From Salpingoeca rosetta (Eukaryota; Protista; Choanoflagellata): a DNA stretch of 64,000 nucleotides. Below, in pieces: positions 11,888 to 25,816 of the stretch. The position numbers and the translations under genes are program-made. The stretch covers positions 3,259,102-3,323,101 of the forward strand of contig JAWQFM010000001.1 of NCBI GenBank assembly GCA_033442325.1, given 5' to 3'. The notes below the pieces were generated by a model. It was not told where the DNA came from. It saw only the letters and a list, made by a program, of their open reading frames with translations, and made no database searches. Each line of letters opens with the position of its first letter. The first letter of the stretch is position 1.

Positions 11888-14800
11888 CTAAAGGGAGGAC
11901 ACGCCCTCCCCAGGCTCTGCTCCATGTTCTAGGAGTATTTCCCTAGCTTCTGCAAACGATGGGCGATCCTGCGGATGTGTTGCCATGCAGCGCTCCGCTA
12001 GCGCCCGATACCAACCGTCAACAACTGCAGAGTCGTCGTGGGTGGGGTGGCGCGTTGTTGGTTTCGCAGCATGAGGGTTGAAGAACAGTGTCTCGTTGGC
12101 GAATCAAAGCAATCAATCGGCACGACAAGAAGGTTGACGAGAAACTCATGCACAAGAACTCGCTATCACTTGCGCAATACGCATGTGTGCACAAACACGC
12201 AAGTACACACAAACACGTAGGTACGCAGGGATATGCATTTGCGTGGAATCACCTTTAACCCCCCCCCCCACACACACACACTCACTCACACATACACATC
12301 TCATGCTCACACATGCACACATCACATATACATACACAAATACAACACATAGACACATAGACACGCACAGGCACACATACAACACACACACACACATACA
12401 TACACACACACACACACAACACAAACCTACCAGAACACGCTGGGCTGTCGTTGAAGCTGAGGGTCTTTCCTGCCGCAAGAAGTTGACACAAGACATCACG
12501 GTACCTCCCCGGCAGAGAATGCCCAGTTCTCCTCTTCTCCTGGGCCACCAAATCTGGCTGCTGCTCGGCCGCAAGCTCCCACATGAGCACGCCAAAGCTG
12601 AACACGTCTGCCTTGTTCGAGTAGCCCTCGCCAAGTGCCACCTCGGGCGCCATGTACGCGGGCGTTCCTGCGGCCCCGAGCTTGTTCTCTTCCTCCTGTG
12701 TCGTCAGGTGGTGGATTGTGCCAAAGTCGGTGATCTTCGCCCGCAAATACGACGACACCAGCACATTGCCACTCTTCAGATCCCTGTGGTAAGGATAACA
12801 CGCAGTTTAGCACACCCAAGCATCAGGTCGCGAACATGTGTGTTCCCGTGTCGGCATACGTACAAGCGAAACCTAGCACATGACACAAGGGGAGGGGGGG
12901 CACACAAGCACTCGCACATTCACCCACGGCACCCTGCTTCACCAAGATCCTCGTAGCATAAAGCTTTCTCCATTGCACAAGTAGCGAAAACAAACACAAG
13001 GTCGCCAAGTCGGGCTCCTCCCCCTTGACTTCCGCCAACACACAGGCACACACACACAGACACAGGCACACAGACACACAGACACAGACACAGGCACACA
13101 GACACACAGACACAGACACACACACACACGCACACATGCATGTACACACGTACCTGTGAAAGTGGTCGTTCTCGTGGATGTACTGCATACCGCGGCTGAT
13201 GTCCAGGGCAATACGCTTCTTCAGAGCCCAAACAGTGGCGGGCACGGCGACATGCTCATCAACATGTGCCGTTAACGTGACTGTGTGCGCCTGCTCAGTG
13301 TTCAGCTTTGGCACTGCACTGCGACGTCGGCGCCAAGTGCCTCGCCGCTCAGGCTCTGGGGCAAGCAGGGGGACACGAAGGCTCGTTGTTGTGGACATGA
13401 GGTCGCCGCCATCGCCACCACCACCACCACTACCAGCACCACCATCATCGTCATTTGCTGTCCTGCTGAGGGACATCTCCATGCCTTCCTGGCCCAGATT
13501 GTCCATGCCAATGGCAACGTCATCAAAGGCAAGCTCGCGCCTGAGATTTGTGAGCAGCGCTGCAAGCGTCTTTGTGCGGTTTGGGCCGCGTGCAACCCGC
13601 TCATCCACCGTGCCAAGCAGGTGGTCCAGGGAGCCGTGCGCGACAAACTCAAGCACGAGGAACGGGCACCCGTCGGGGGTCGTGCCGGCGCCAAAGAAGA
13701 GAACAATGTTTTCGCACTGCTTGCCGACCTCGCGCAGAAACTCCGCCTCCTTCTCAAACTCCTCGATGGTGTCCTCGTTGAGCTCCTTGAGGGCCTGGTG
13801 CAGGATCTTGACAGCCACCGTCTGCTCGCCGTACTTGGCGCGCTTGACCATGCCGTACGTGCCCTTCTCGACGACACCCTCAAAGTACAGGTGGTTGTAG
13901 GGGATGTGCCAGCTGGCCTTGAGCTTTGCCAGCTTCTCTTCGTTGGCGCGGATGATGCGCTTGTCCTTGGCGCGGGCGCGGTACTGCCAAACGAACACGG
14001 CAGACCCAATTGCCAACACCAGCCCGATGGACACACTGAGCGACGTGATGAGGATGATTTTGCTCCTGTCACTCACACAGCGCCCACCTTTGCTGACGAA
14101 TTCGTTGGCGCAAGTGCAGCGGAAGTTGAAGGAAAGCTGCGTCTGCAGCTGCTCTGGGTCGTCGCGCGGGCGCACGTGCACGTGGTCAAAGGAGGGCCGG
14201 CACACAACCGGTGTGTTCTGCATGGTGACCACGGGCGCGTCGGGCCGGTTTGGCGTGTCAAAGCGGTCCTGGCCAAGGAACTGCTGTGAAGACAAGACGA
14301 TGGGCCGGTTGGTCACGGCCTGCATCTGCAGCAGGCGGTCCATCCAAGGGTTGTCGCTGAAGTCGACCACTTCGCCGTTGAGGACGCACCGCTGGAAGAG
14401 CTCGGGCCCCTGCGCCTTGAGGAGCGGGTTGTCCACGCTGCGGTAGAAGAGGATGCGTGATCCCCACCCATTGCAAAGAGGGGCGATGGACTCCACGCGC
14501 GTGAAGGAGAGGTCAATGGCTTCGGCGCGGGGCAAGAGCAGCTGCGTCAGGGACGTGCACCGCATGAGCACCAGCTGTTCCAGCGCGTTTCGGATACGAA
14601 GGGTCTTCAAGTGCGCATTTTTTGGCATGAACACGGACCGGAACGTCTTCTGCGGGCACAAGTCAATGTGGACGTAGCCTGTGTTGGTGAGGGCAAACTC
14701 CTCCACATCGTCGTTCAGGATTTTGCACAGGGATTGGGTGCTGATGATGTTGTCGGTCATGCCTGGCCAGCCCGCCGCAAACCGCACCAGGTTGAGGTTC

Positions 14801-17568
14801 AGCCGCGTGAGCCGCTGCGGAATGGTGGCGGGCAGCTCCACCCCGGTGATGTCGAGGGCGCGCAGGTTCTTGGCGATGTCGTCCTCGGTGTGGTGCCTGT
14901 CATCCAGCGGGTCCAGGGGTCGAGCCTTTGAGTGTTCGAAGGAAGGGTCCGCGGCAAACTCGAGCGTGCTCAGCTTGGGAAGGTGGAGCAGAGGCACAAG
15001 GTCGACGTCTCGGATTCGGTGCCCGTTTGAGAGCAGGATGCGCAGGTTCTTCAAGGGCGAGAAATCTGGGAGCTCCATCAAGGGGTTGTTGTGCAGGCGC
15101 AGCTCCTCAAGGGAGGGAAGCGGCACGTGGCTGAAGGCGGTGAGCGAGTTGAAGGTGAGAATGAGCGTGTGGAGGTTCTGGCACGCGGCCAGGAGGCGGT
15201 CGTGGATCCGGTCAAGGAAGTTGCGGCCGAGATCGAGGTACTGCAGCTGGGACAACGAGGCAAAGATGCGGGGATGGAGGTCGTTGAGGTTGTTGTCATG
15301 AAGCGAGAGGGTGGTGAGGTTTCGCATACCAGTGAAGGCAAGCTCGTGCACGGACGCGATGTCGTTGCTGGTGAGGTAGAGCTCGGACAGGCTCACGAGG
15401 CGATTAAAGACGCCGCGCTGTATTGTGACAAGCCTGTTGTTGGTGAAGCTGAGGCTGGCCAGGCGGGTGAGGGGCGCCAGCAAGGAGCCGTCAATGGCGG
15501 TGATGCGGCCTTGAAACAGAAATAGCTCCTTCAGCATGGTGGTCGCGGTGAAGAGCCCCGGCGGCAGGGCTTCCAGTTGCGTGTTGGTGATGTGCAAGAC
15601 CTCGAGGCGGGTCTGGTGCTTGAAGACGCCGGCAGGCAGGGCCTCGATTGGGTTGTTGTCGAGGAACAGGTGGGTGACGGAGGTGACGGTGCTGAAGGCG
15701 TCTGGATCGAGGGTGATGATGCCGTTGTGTTTGAGGTTGATGGAGGTGATGTTGTCCAGGCCAGCAAAGCTGTGGGAGGTGAGGGTGGTGAGGCGATTGT
15801 CCTGGAGGTTGAGGCGCTTCAGTTTGGGGTTTCCTTGGAAGGCGTCGGTGTCGATGCGGCGGACCTGGTTGCGGTTCCAGTACAGCGTCTCCAGGTTGGG
15901 CAGGCTGGAGATTGTGCGGTTGGTGAGGATGGAGAGGCCGTTGCCGCTCACGTCGAAGGTTTTGATTGAGGGCCCGCGGATGAACACGTTGGTGTCGTTG
16001 TCTGCTTTGGTGGCGCGGAGCTCCGGCAGGTCGCTTCCGCTGAGGTCGACGGTGGTGATGGCGGACAGCGGGTTGAGGGTGGAAAGCACGAACATGCGGC
16101 TTTCCAAGCCATGGATGCCAATGGTGTCCACGAAGGGAAACTTGAAGGTGAGCACGAGCTCAATGTCCTCGGAGAGCATGCTGCCGGTGATGGTGAGGTT
16201 CTTTGGCTGAACCAGGTCAAACAGCGATTGCAAGAACTCTCTTCGGTTTTCGCTGGGCGGTGGCAGGGGCCGCTTCCCGGCCTCAATGTTCAGGACCAGC
16301 TCTGGGTTTTCGCGCGCGAAGGTGCAGTCGATGCGAAAGGCGGGGGAGATCTGGCAGATGACAGGCCGCTGCAGGACATCCGAGCCGGGGACGGTGGATG
16401 TTGTTGAAATGGTTGGTGCGGTGGTGGGCTGTGTCGCCGTGGTAGGTGGTGTTGCCTCACGTCGGACTCTGCTCAGTTGTGGCGGCTGTTGTGGCTGTCG
16501 GTGGAGCTGGTGTTGTAGTTGTTGCTGTGCGAAGTGGTCTTGTGCCAGTGTTGCCGGCTGCGCCGCGTATATGTGTGGATGCGGTGGTTGCTGTGGTGGG
16601 CGGTGTTGAGGCGGATGCTCATCCGGTGGAGAACGCGGGATGTGGCTTGCTCGACGTGGCTGCCGTGTCATCATCGTCGGTGCCGGGGTTGAAGGTGCTT
16701 CAGGGTCCCGTTTGTTGTCCTCGCGTAAGTGCTCAGGTGTAATGCGTGCGTGCTCTGTGTGGCTGTGTGCAGCGGGCGCCGTGTGTGGTCGCGCAGGCCC
16801 TGTGCGAGGCTGTGTTGCCGGGTTGGGGCCGGCGGTGTGTATCCTGTGCCAGGTGCAAAACAGCTCAATGAAAGACTCGAGTGTGCGTGCGTGGTCGCTG
16901 TGTTGTTGCCTGAGGGAGGCCGGTGATGGTGGCAGCGTGCTGTTCTTGCTGTTGGAGGGCACTGGGCCTGGGCGGCGCTCTGGTCTCTGTTCAGGATCAG
17001 TGTTTGTTGTAGCGCTGTTGCGGTACCATTCTTCGCCAATGGTGGTCATGGCGAGCAAGGATGCGCGAGCTTGTTCACAGGCCCGTGCGTGGGCTGTGCA
17101 GCCTGCACCGAGCCAAAACGTGGCCGGGTCATGCTCTTCCTTCTGCTGCACGATGTTGTCGAAGCGACTTGCTCCAGTTGCACCTGAAGTGCTCTTCTTG
17201 TTTGGGGTTGGACTGCTGCACACGCTGCTCTGGTCATGAGTGACAGTGTTCTTGTTCTTGGTGTTGTGCTCTTCATGTGTCAGCGCAGAGGCGGAACTTT
17301 GGGCGGGCACAAGGAGGAGGATAGCGATCGCCGTGACACAGGCAACAATGAGGCGTGTCCTTGGGCCGCAACTAGGACGAGCACGCAGAGAACCTTGGGG
17401 CCGAGTGCCATCCACTGCTTTGAAATGGGTACATGTGGCATCGCTGTGTTGAGCGTGCTGCTGAGCGTGCTGCTGAGCGTGCTGCTGAGCGTGGTGCTGA
17501 GCGTGGTGCTGAGCGTGCCGTTTTGCGCACCCAGCACGCCCTCCAGCCCCAGCCTGCACGGCCAGCAT
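11888..17568 (-). CDS. LRR receptor-like kinase (signal, pro-region, LRRs, TM, TKL-type Ser/Thr kinase), about 1634 aa
   Basis: Exons 17568-13154, 12783-12431 and 12024-11888, all GT-AG and in phase. It has an N-proximal hydrophobic segment (LIVACVTAIAILLLVPA), many LxxLxLxxNxL repeats and a TM (IILITSLSVSIGLVLAIGSAVFVW). Kinase motifs are VAVK, HRDLKSGN (across the splice), DFG, GTPAYMAPE, DVFSFG and CMATHPQDRPSF. It ends GVSSL*. Confidence 0.9.
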
Positions 17569-17950
17569 TGTCTTGTGGTTGTTGTGAACACGAGTGTTTG
17601 AGTTTGAGTGAATGAAGGGAGGGAGGAAGGAAGGGAGCAAGGGAGAGGAAGGAAGGAAGCAAGGGAGGGGAAGGAGCTAAGGAGGGAGGGAGGGGTGGAA
17701 GGATAGCTCGGTCTTGGGTGTGCTCTTGCTTGTGGTTTGTGTGGTGGGATTTTGAGCTTGCAGGCAGCGCGGGCGAATGAAAACGACAGGATGAAACGTA
17801 GCCAGGGAGAGAGGGCAAGATGGAAATTTGGCGTGTATCGTTCCCCAATCGCCACAACCCACGTGTGTTTGTGCGAAGAGGACAAGCAAGACGAACCAGG
17901 AAGCACCACACACATCACCCACACAGCATCGCACACCAGCCAACGCAGAC

Positions 17951-19087
17951 ATGGGAAGAAAGCGAAGCGCCAAGACGCGCCAGCGCGAGGCTGAGCGTCG
18001 CAAGCAGTTGCAGCAGCACGGCGTGAAGGTGCTAGGCATGGGGATGAAGAAGAAATCCGGTGCAAACAGGAAGAACAAGAACGCGCGGGCGTTGCTGGAT
18101 GAACAAGTGCTTGCAGGACACAACCCGTTTGCCACCAAGCGCAACTCCGGCAAATCTATCAAGCTCCGCCAGAAGACCTTGCTTCACGACTACAAATCCC
18201 GCTCCAAATCAACGCGCTTTGCAGATCGCCGCCTTGGCGAGAACGATTCTGTACGTGCACATATCGTGCATGTGTGTGAATGTGTGCATGTGCGTGTGTG
18301 TGCACGCGTGTGTGGGTGTGCACGCGTGCATGTGTATGCGCGTGCATGTGTGTGCATGTGTATATGTGTGGGTGTGCACGCGTGTATGTGTGTGCATGTG
18401 TACATGTGTGGGTGTGCACGCGTGCATGTGTATGCGTGTGTATGCGTGTGTATGTGCATATGCATGTGTGTCTTCAGCGCCCTGTCTCTGCCTGTGGGCA
18501 TGCACTTGGTTGCGCGTTGTTATAGCCATGCACTCGTTTTGCTGCTGGTTGTTGCCGCTGTGGCTTCCATTCCCGCCTGTTATTCGCTCATGCATGCCCC
18601 CACCTTACTACATGTTGTTTGCTCTCACACAGGACCTTGCGGTGGAAGATCGTGCCCTACTTCGCGTGGCCAAAGAGCGCGCAAAGTCCTTCAAAGGCAA
18701 CTCCAAATACAACATCGACTTGGAAGGCGATGAAGAAGGCTTCGAAGAACGCGTAGGTTCCTGCATGTTCTGTCTCCATGCTCACACGTGTTTGTTGTTG
18801 CTCTGTCTGTGTGTGTGTGTGTTTGTGAAGCCACCTCCGCTGGCATCACACACACACACTCACACGTGTTTCACGCAATCACACACGCATACACACACTC
18901 ACGCTCACACACACACACACACACGCGCGCACTCATTCACTCAAACTCATGCACACGTTCCACGCAATCACGCACGCATACACACACTCACTCTCACACA
19001 CACGCACTAATTCACACACACACACACACCCGCGCACTCATTCACTCACACCCAACACACACACACACACCCAACACACACACACCC

Positions 19088-19137
<50 letters not shown>

Positions 19138-22100
19138 AGGAGCTGCTGCCGTCAGACGACGACGAGATGTTTCAGGAGCAGGAGGAGGCGCTGACGACGG
19201 AGCAGATTGCGGACATGGCGCGGTTTGGCGGCATGACCAGGCGGCGCGGCGCCGAGGACCGCGTGCGGATGCTGGAGGAAGAGATGGCGAAGAAGCAGCA
19301 TGAGATGAACGACCCGCTGCAAGAGCTCAAGGACCTGGACGCAGAGTACGGTGAGATGGAGCAGGAGGTGGTGCGCGCCGCCAACGCCGCCGTCAAGGCC
19401 GGCCGGGTGCCCGAGGAGCGGCAGACGTCGGACTTTGATCAGCTCGTGCTGCAGCTGCAGATGGAGCCCAGAAACGAGGCCAGCAACCACATTAAGACAC
19501 AAGAGGTCAGCGACAGCGCAACACGTGTGTGTGTGTGTTCGTGTTCGTGCTTTTTGTTCGTGTGTGTGTGTGTGTGTTTTTGTTCGGGTTCATGTTCGTG
19601 CTATGTTTGTGTTCTGTTATTGTTTTCGTTTGTGTGTGTATGTGTGTGTTTGTGTGTGTTCGTGTGTCTGCTTGCATGATCGTGCACCGTCGTTGCTCGC
19701 ATCCTGTTCTTGCTCGTGCGCTAGTTTTGCGTTGCTCATGCTGTTGTCTCTTGTTTGCGTGTGATTGCAGGAACGCGACAAGGAATATCAGAAGAAGCTG
19801 GAGCGTCTCGAGAAAGAGCGAATCAGGCGGTTCGTGCATTTGCGTGCACACACCTTGATGTGCTGCATACACGTATGCTGTGTCGTTGATGCACATCCAA
19901 CTCCACCAGGTCGCTTGGGGCACACTGCACTGTCGATGCTCATCCCTCTCATGCCACACCATATTTTGCATTCGCAATATCGCACTGCAGAATGGCGGAT
20001 GATGGTACGGGCGCCGATGACGACGACGCAGGCATCCTCGATGTGCCTGCACACCACCGCAAGGCATCAAAGAAGGCAAAGACCAAGGGCGGCGACACAA
20101 AGGAGCTGAAAGTGCTGTCACCAGAAGCAGAGCTTGCTGATCTGCCGCTCCCTGAGCTGTTGAAGAAGCATCTCCTCGCCATCCCCACGGGCGCAGGCAA
20201 AACAGACACCCTCACGGTAGGTTGGCTGCACATTTGCGACTTGGTTGCTCTGCGAGTGTGGCGAAAAGGCGGGACGATGTGTGACTGTAATAGCATGTTT
20301 CATGTGCTGCTTTCAATTGTCGCTTCTCCTCCACCATTTGTGTTGCCGACGCTTGACCTCACTGCCCTTGTGCTCTGCGCCCGTGTGCTCGCACCCGAAC
20401 GCGCCCTGAATCAACAGCGCCGGTACAACCTGCTGTGGACGGCTATCGAGAAATATGTGAGCGCCACGAAAGCAAGCGACTTGGCGCCCATCAACAGAGC
20501 AATCAGGTTTGGCGCTGTGGTGCTGGCTCTCAACTAGGCACCTGCTTCTGTTGCGGTATTTGCTCGAGCGCCTTTCCTGCCTACACATGCCCGCTTGCGT
20601 ATGTGTATGACCTTGATTATTGCGCCTTCCCCCTATCGCCACCACTCACCCTCCCTCTTGTCATTCATCTCTGTACTTTTGCTCGCCTTGACCGACTGGG
20701 ATGCAGAACCCTGTTTGAGATGACACAGAGCATTCCGCGACCGGCCGCTCACTGGTGTCGTGCGTGGTGCCAATCGCTCCACCAACAGCTCGCAGCCAAG
20801 ACAAACCCAAACTACCCGCGCCTCAGCCACCTCATCGTCCTCCAGGTGTGGCGGGGTTGTTGTGCTCGTTTGTTTGTTGTGTTTGTTTGTTATGTTTGTT
20901 TGTTATGTTTGTTTGTTGTGTTTGTGTGTATTGTGTGTTTGTTTGTTGTGTTTGTTTGTTTGTTGTGTGTATTGTGTTTGTTGTGTTTGTTGTGGTGTGT
21001 TTTGCAGGTGTTTGTTTGTTTGTTGTGTGTATTGTGTGTATTGTGTTTGTTGTGTTTGTTTTGCAGGTGTTTGTGGTGTGGGTTGTCAGTGTGTTGTCGC
21101 ATGTGTGTTTCGTATGTACGTGTGTGTTTGTGTATTGCGCATTGGTTGCGCTCCGTGCTGCGTTGTTGCTTTGCAACTTTGTCACTCATGGTCGTGTCTC
21201 CCCGCCCTTCTCTTCTGTTCTTGTGCCCGTCTTTGACATTGCCAATCCCCTGCTCCTGCGTTTTGTTTCTCTGCACGATCCCCCACTGCCTGTTGCAGCT
21301 GTTCCCGATTCTGTTCCCGTCAACGGACTTCCGCCACCCCGTGATGACGCCAGCATTCCTCATCATGTCCTGCCTCCTCACGTCTTGCAACGTCGCCTCC
21401 CTCAGAAACATCGCCGCAGGTGCGCGCTGCTGCCGTTTGCGAACGCGTGCTTGGTTTGTTGTGGCTGGTTGTGACTGTTGGCGGTGGTGGTGGTGGTGAC
21501 GCGTGGCTACTGCTGTTGCTGCTCGTTCCGTATCCTGTGCCGTGACGTGCCGGCCTGAGGTGCATCGTATTCTGCGGGGTGTCGCAAGCGGTTTCAGTGG
21601 CGTGTGTGCGCTGGGATGCGCTCTCGCTTTCGTGTCTGGTGTTGTTGTTTTATGAGCATCTCCTTGTTGTTGTCCTTCAGGGCTTCACATCACCACGTGC
21701 TACTTGGAGGCCATACGTGAAGCGAAACGCTTCGTCCCTGAAGCCGTCACATTCCTCACCAGCACCCTCCTCCTCACTAGCAGCAAGGTACGCGGCCGTT
21801 TTTCGTGCAGCAACGAGTAACGAAACGCGCATTTGCTTATGTTTCTGCCGCATCTCCTGCTGTTGCGGCGCTATCATGTGTTCTCATAGAAGATGGTGTG
21901 TGTGTGTGCATGTGAACGTGTGCAGTATTCGCGGGTTGAGTGCCTGCCGCCATTCCAAAAGCTGTCAGCGTCAAAGAAGGCCATGCTTGCATGCAAGTCT
22001 CCGCCTACGACAGACAGCACACCGTAAGTGAGCTGTGTGTGTGTGTGTGAATGGGGCTCCTTTCATGGGCGGTGTTTGAGCAATCTCATGTGGTGCTCAT

Positions 22101-22720
22101 CGTTGGGCTTGTCACCATTTGCTGCATGTGTTGGTGAGCAGGAAGCTGTCGCTGCGGCTGCTGCAAGTTGGTGCAAAGGAGATGGAGGAAAGCGAGGAAG
22201 AGATCAAGCAGCAGCTCATCTACACGGCGCTGCGCCTCCTCTCCACCGCCTTCTCCATCTACTCCAGCTACACAGGTGCGCGCGCACGTGTGTGTGTATT
22301 GTGTGTATGAATATGCGCGTAACTGCGTGAGTGCGCGAGTGTGTGTATGTGAGCTTGAGTGAGTGCGTGTGTCTTTTCTGTTGCTGATGTGGACGAGCCT
22401 TCCATTCACATGTGCTGCTCTGCGCACCTTGCCGATCGCTTTGCCTTCCAGCTGTGTTTGATGGCTGCAAGCACGTGCTGCCTTGCCTGCGGGACATTGC
22501 GTCCTCCAATAACCATCCGCGAACCACTCGCAACCTGAGCACACGCCTCGCCGACAAGATTGAGCAGCAGACGACCGACACGCGCCACCACCTGCAGTTG
22601 CAGGCGCACCGGCCCGTGCCGCTGCCAGAACTCGTCCCCGAGTTCAACGAGGTCTTCATCGACCGCAAAGGACGCAAGATCTCTGGCGAGGAGCGCGACA
22701 TTGGTGCGGCTTACGTGTAC

Positions 22721-22795
<75 letters not shown>

Positions 22796-23448
22796 GTCGT
22801 GTGTGTGTGTCTGTGTGCGCGTGTCTGCGTTTTGCGTTTCTTGTGTGTCTGTGTGTCTGTGTGGGTCCGTGCGACCGCGTGTACTCGTCTGTGCGACCGC
22901 GTGTACTCGTGTGTGCGACCGCGTGTACTCGTGTGTGTGTGTGTGCGTGTGTCTTTCTGCTTGGTCTGTGCTGTGCACTGCTTAAACACGTCTGCAACTC
23001 ACGCACCACCCGCATCCACCTCACGCGCAACCATGCACAATACAACCCAACCCAAACAGCGCGGCTGCAACACCAGTACAAGAAGGAGCGCAAGGGCGCC
23101 ATCAAGGAGCTGCGCAAAGACACCAAATTCCTCGCCCGCGTTCGCCTGGAGGAGCAAAAGGAGAGAGACGCAGAGAGGTATCGTGGTTGCGTCATGTTTA
23201 TGTGTGTGGCGTTGCTATTGTGGTTGTATGATTGTGCGTGCATGCATGCGTGCGTGCGTGCGTTCTACCAGTGGTTGTGGTTGTGGGCATGCATGGGCGC
23301 GTGCACGCGTCACCTTGCAAACGGCTGCTCACCAATTGTATCACGTTTGGCACATGCGCACAGGTGGGCCAAGGTCAAAGAGGTGGAGGCTCTCATGGCA
23401 GAGAGCAGACACGAGGAGAAGATGCTCAAGCGCCCACGCCGCAGGTAG
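17951..23448 (+). CDS. NOP14: Nucleolar protein 14 (SSU processome), multi-exon
   Basis: MGRKRSAK start; NPF; [19 protein letters not shown]; DFDQLVLQL; [13 protein letters not shown]; [15 protein letters not shown]; [11 protein letters not shown]; [18 protein letters not shown]; [25 protein letters not shown]; stop TAG at 23446-23448. Confidence 0.92.
20848..21120. repeat. Degenerate TTG/TG low-complexity satellite in a NOP14 intron
   Basis: Recurring TTTGTTGTG(T) units, including a duplicated GTGTGTATTGTGTTTGTTGTGTTTGTT...GCAGGTGTTTG block. Confidence 0.85.
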
Positions 23449-23810
23449 CTCTACACGTTGTCGCCATCGGTGTGCATGTCAAGTTCCACGCGTGCACATG
23501 TGTGTGTGCGTATGTGTGTGTGTGCGTATGTGTGTGTGCGTGTGCTTCTGTGTGCGTGAGCCTCTGTGTGTGTGTGTGTGCGTCTCCTACACAGTGGTGG
23601 CATTCGTATGTTTGCTGTTGTCTATTCTGAATGAAAGAAGCCGACATCTAGAGAGTCAAGCATGCGAGGAGAACGGGAATGACACTTAATCAGGGGACGT
23701 AATTATTAATCATCGAAAAGGGGGGGGGGGGCGAGGCGCGTCGAATTGAAGTGTATCTTCTCTTCCCCGAATCCCCCCCCCCCTTCTAGTGAGTGACACA
23801 CACACACACA

Positions 23811-23893
<83 letters not shown>

Positions 23894-23972
23894 CGCACAA
23901 TCATCATCGTCGTTGTTGTCGTCAGTCAAGAAAACTGCTTTAGCTTAGCCAACACCCCAGCTCGTTGGCGTG

Positions 23973-24478
23973 TCACGCGGACGTTGGTGGTGTGGATGCA
24001 GCCACGGCATTGGAGAGGGCAGGGGAGTGTGCGGGCAGTGGGGACGTTTGGTGTGCAGACGAGGCCGGGTGGTGTGGTGGCGGCGGCGGTGATGGTGGCG
24101 TGTCGTCAGCAGACCGATTTGCCATCTTGCTCAAAAACACGCCAAACCCAACCTAATTGTGTGTATGTATGAGTGAGTGTAGGAAAGAGAGAGACAGAGA
24201 GACAGAGAGACAGAGAGAGTGTGTGCGTGTGCCTGTGTGCGTGCGTGTCTGTGTGTCTGTGTGTGCGTGTGTGTATGTGTGTGTGCGTGTCTGTGTGTGC
24301 GTGTCTGTGTGTCGAGCACAATCTTCTCGGCCCTCGCGCCGCCTTCCCTTCATCTGACCTGGACGACGTTGACGAAGAGGAGGCGGTATTTTGGCGGAAC
24401 ATACATGAAGTTCACGCAGAGTGCCGGCACCCAACACAGGGCCGCGCCTTGTGTCACAGAAGCATGTCGTTCGGTGTG

Positions 24479-24554
<76 letters not shown>

Positions 24555-25322
24555 TGTGAGCAAGCGTGTGCATGCAACCACTTGTTCACTTGGCTTGTGC
24601 GAGCACCACTCTGTGCATACACACACACGCGCGCGCGCACGCACCAATGATCGTTTCGAGGTGGTCTCGTTTTGTCTTCTCCCATGCATCGGTGTGGTTC
24701 ATGCCAGACATCCGTGCGCTGACGTAGAGCGTGACGCCCAAGAACAGCGGCATGTTCAGCGTCTGTCAAGGGGATTGGTGCTTGTGAGACCGGAGAACTC
24801 AAAGCAGCAAAGGGAAGGAGTGCACACGCCATGTCTTGCAGTAGAACACGCACACATGCACATACGCACTATCGTACACATACACATACACACTGGTATG
24901 CATCCACACCCACCTGCACATACACACATACATGCACTCGACGTGTATGCCAACACCCACATACGCGTGTACACGCCGATTTGTACCTGATCTGTGACGA
25001 CCTTCTTAAACGCGAGACGAAACCCTGGCCCGATGCCGTAGAGCTTGTCCAAGAAGCCATACCACATGTGAATGTATGGAGCGTGCACCACGGCGTACCT
25101 GGAAGCACATATGTGTGCGAGACATACGTGAATGACAGATGAGCCAATCCAATCCTCCTCCCCATGCACAACCTTTCACGTCAAGGAAGAGAAACAAAGG
25201 TCCTTCACCATGACGCGTTGATACCATGATGAGAGCCGGACTGCGCGTGCTTCGTCCAGCCACTTGCCCTGCCGCAATTCCTGCTCCTTGGCGTCCAGCA
25301 CGGAGAACTCATAGCGTTGCCT

Positions 25323-25401
<79 letters not shown>

Positions 25402-25816
25402 TGAGACGATGGGGTGAGATAAAGGGGTGTGGAAGTGGGACGCTTGCCAAAGCGTGCACAGGCGCATGTGCACGCACACGCACCTGATGACGTCTGCGGT
25501 TGTGTAGATGGTGAAGGCTGTGCAGCCTTTTGTGATGAACGGTCTCTTCTCCAGCGCATGCGAGTACATGCTCCACGCCCGTGCCCTGCACACAAACGCA
25601 CAACATCAAACCCCACATGAGCTTGACGTGCTGCTAACAAAGGCCCACACGCGTGCACAGACGAACACATTCTGTTGGAGACAGACACGTACAACCGCAG
25701 GAGACGCACACGCAAGACAGAGCACAGGGAGGCACACACGAGCGGACACACAGGCAGGTGCATTTGCGTTTGAGCTCTCACAAGCGGCGCGTGATGGGTG
25801 ACAACAAGCTCGCCAT
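23973..25816 (-). CDS. Mpv17/PMP22 family membrane protein, about 7 exons
   Basis: Spliced product MASLLSPITRRL-ARAWSMYSHALEKRPFITKGCTAFTIYTTADVI...APYIHMWYGFLDKLY..AFKKVVTDQ...WVPALCVNFMYVPPKYRLLFVNVVQ-VGFGVFLSKMANR, all typical Mpv17/PMP22 motifs. Stop TGA at 23973-23975. The start codon is inferred from splice phase. Confidence 0.88.

Noticed and set aside
12146-12252. Possible alternative terminal exon of the LRR kinase
   Set aside because: It lacks kinase subdomain XI, whereas the exon at 12024-11888 supplies CMATHPQDRPSF in the correct phase.
13178-17601. Long plus-strand ORFs opposite the LRR kinase, and similar ones opposite separase and the type II LRR gene
   Set aside because: Antisense shadows of GC3-rich coding sequence, with no recognisable motifs.
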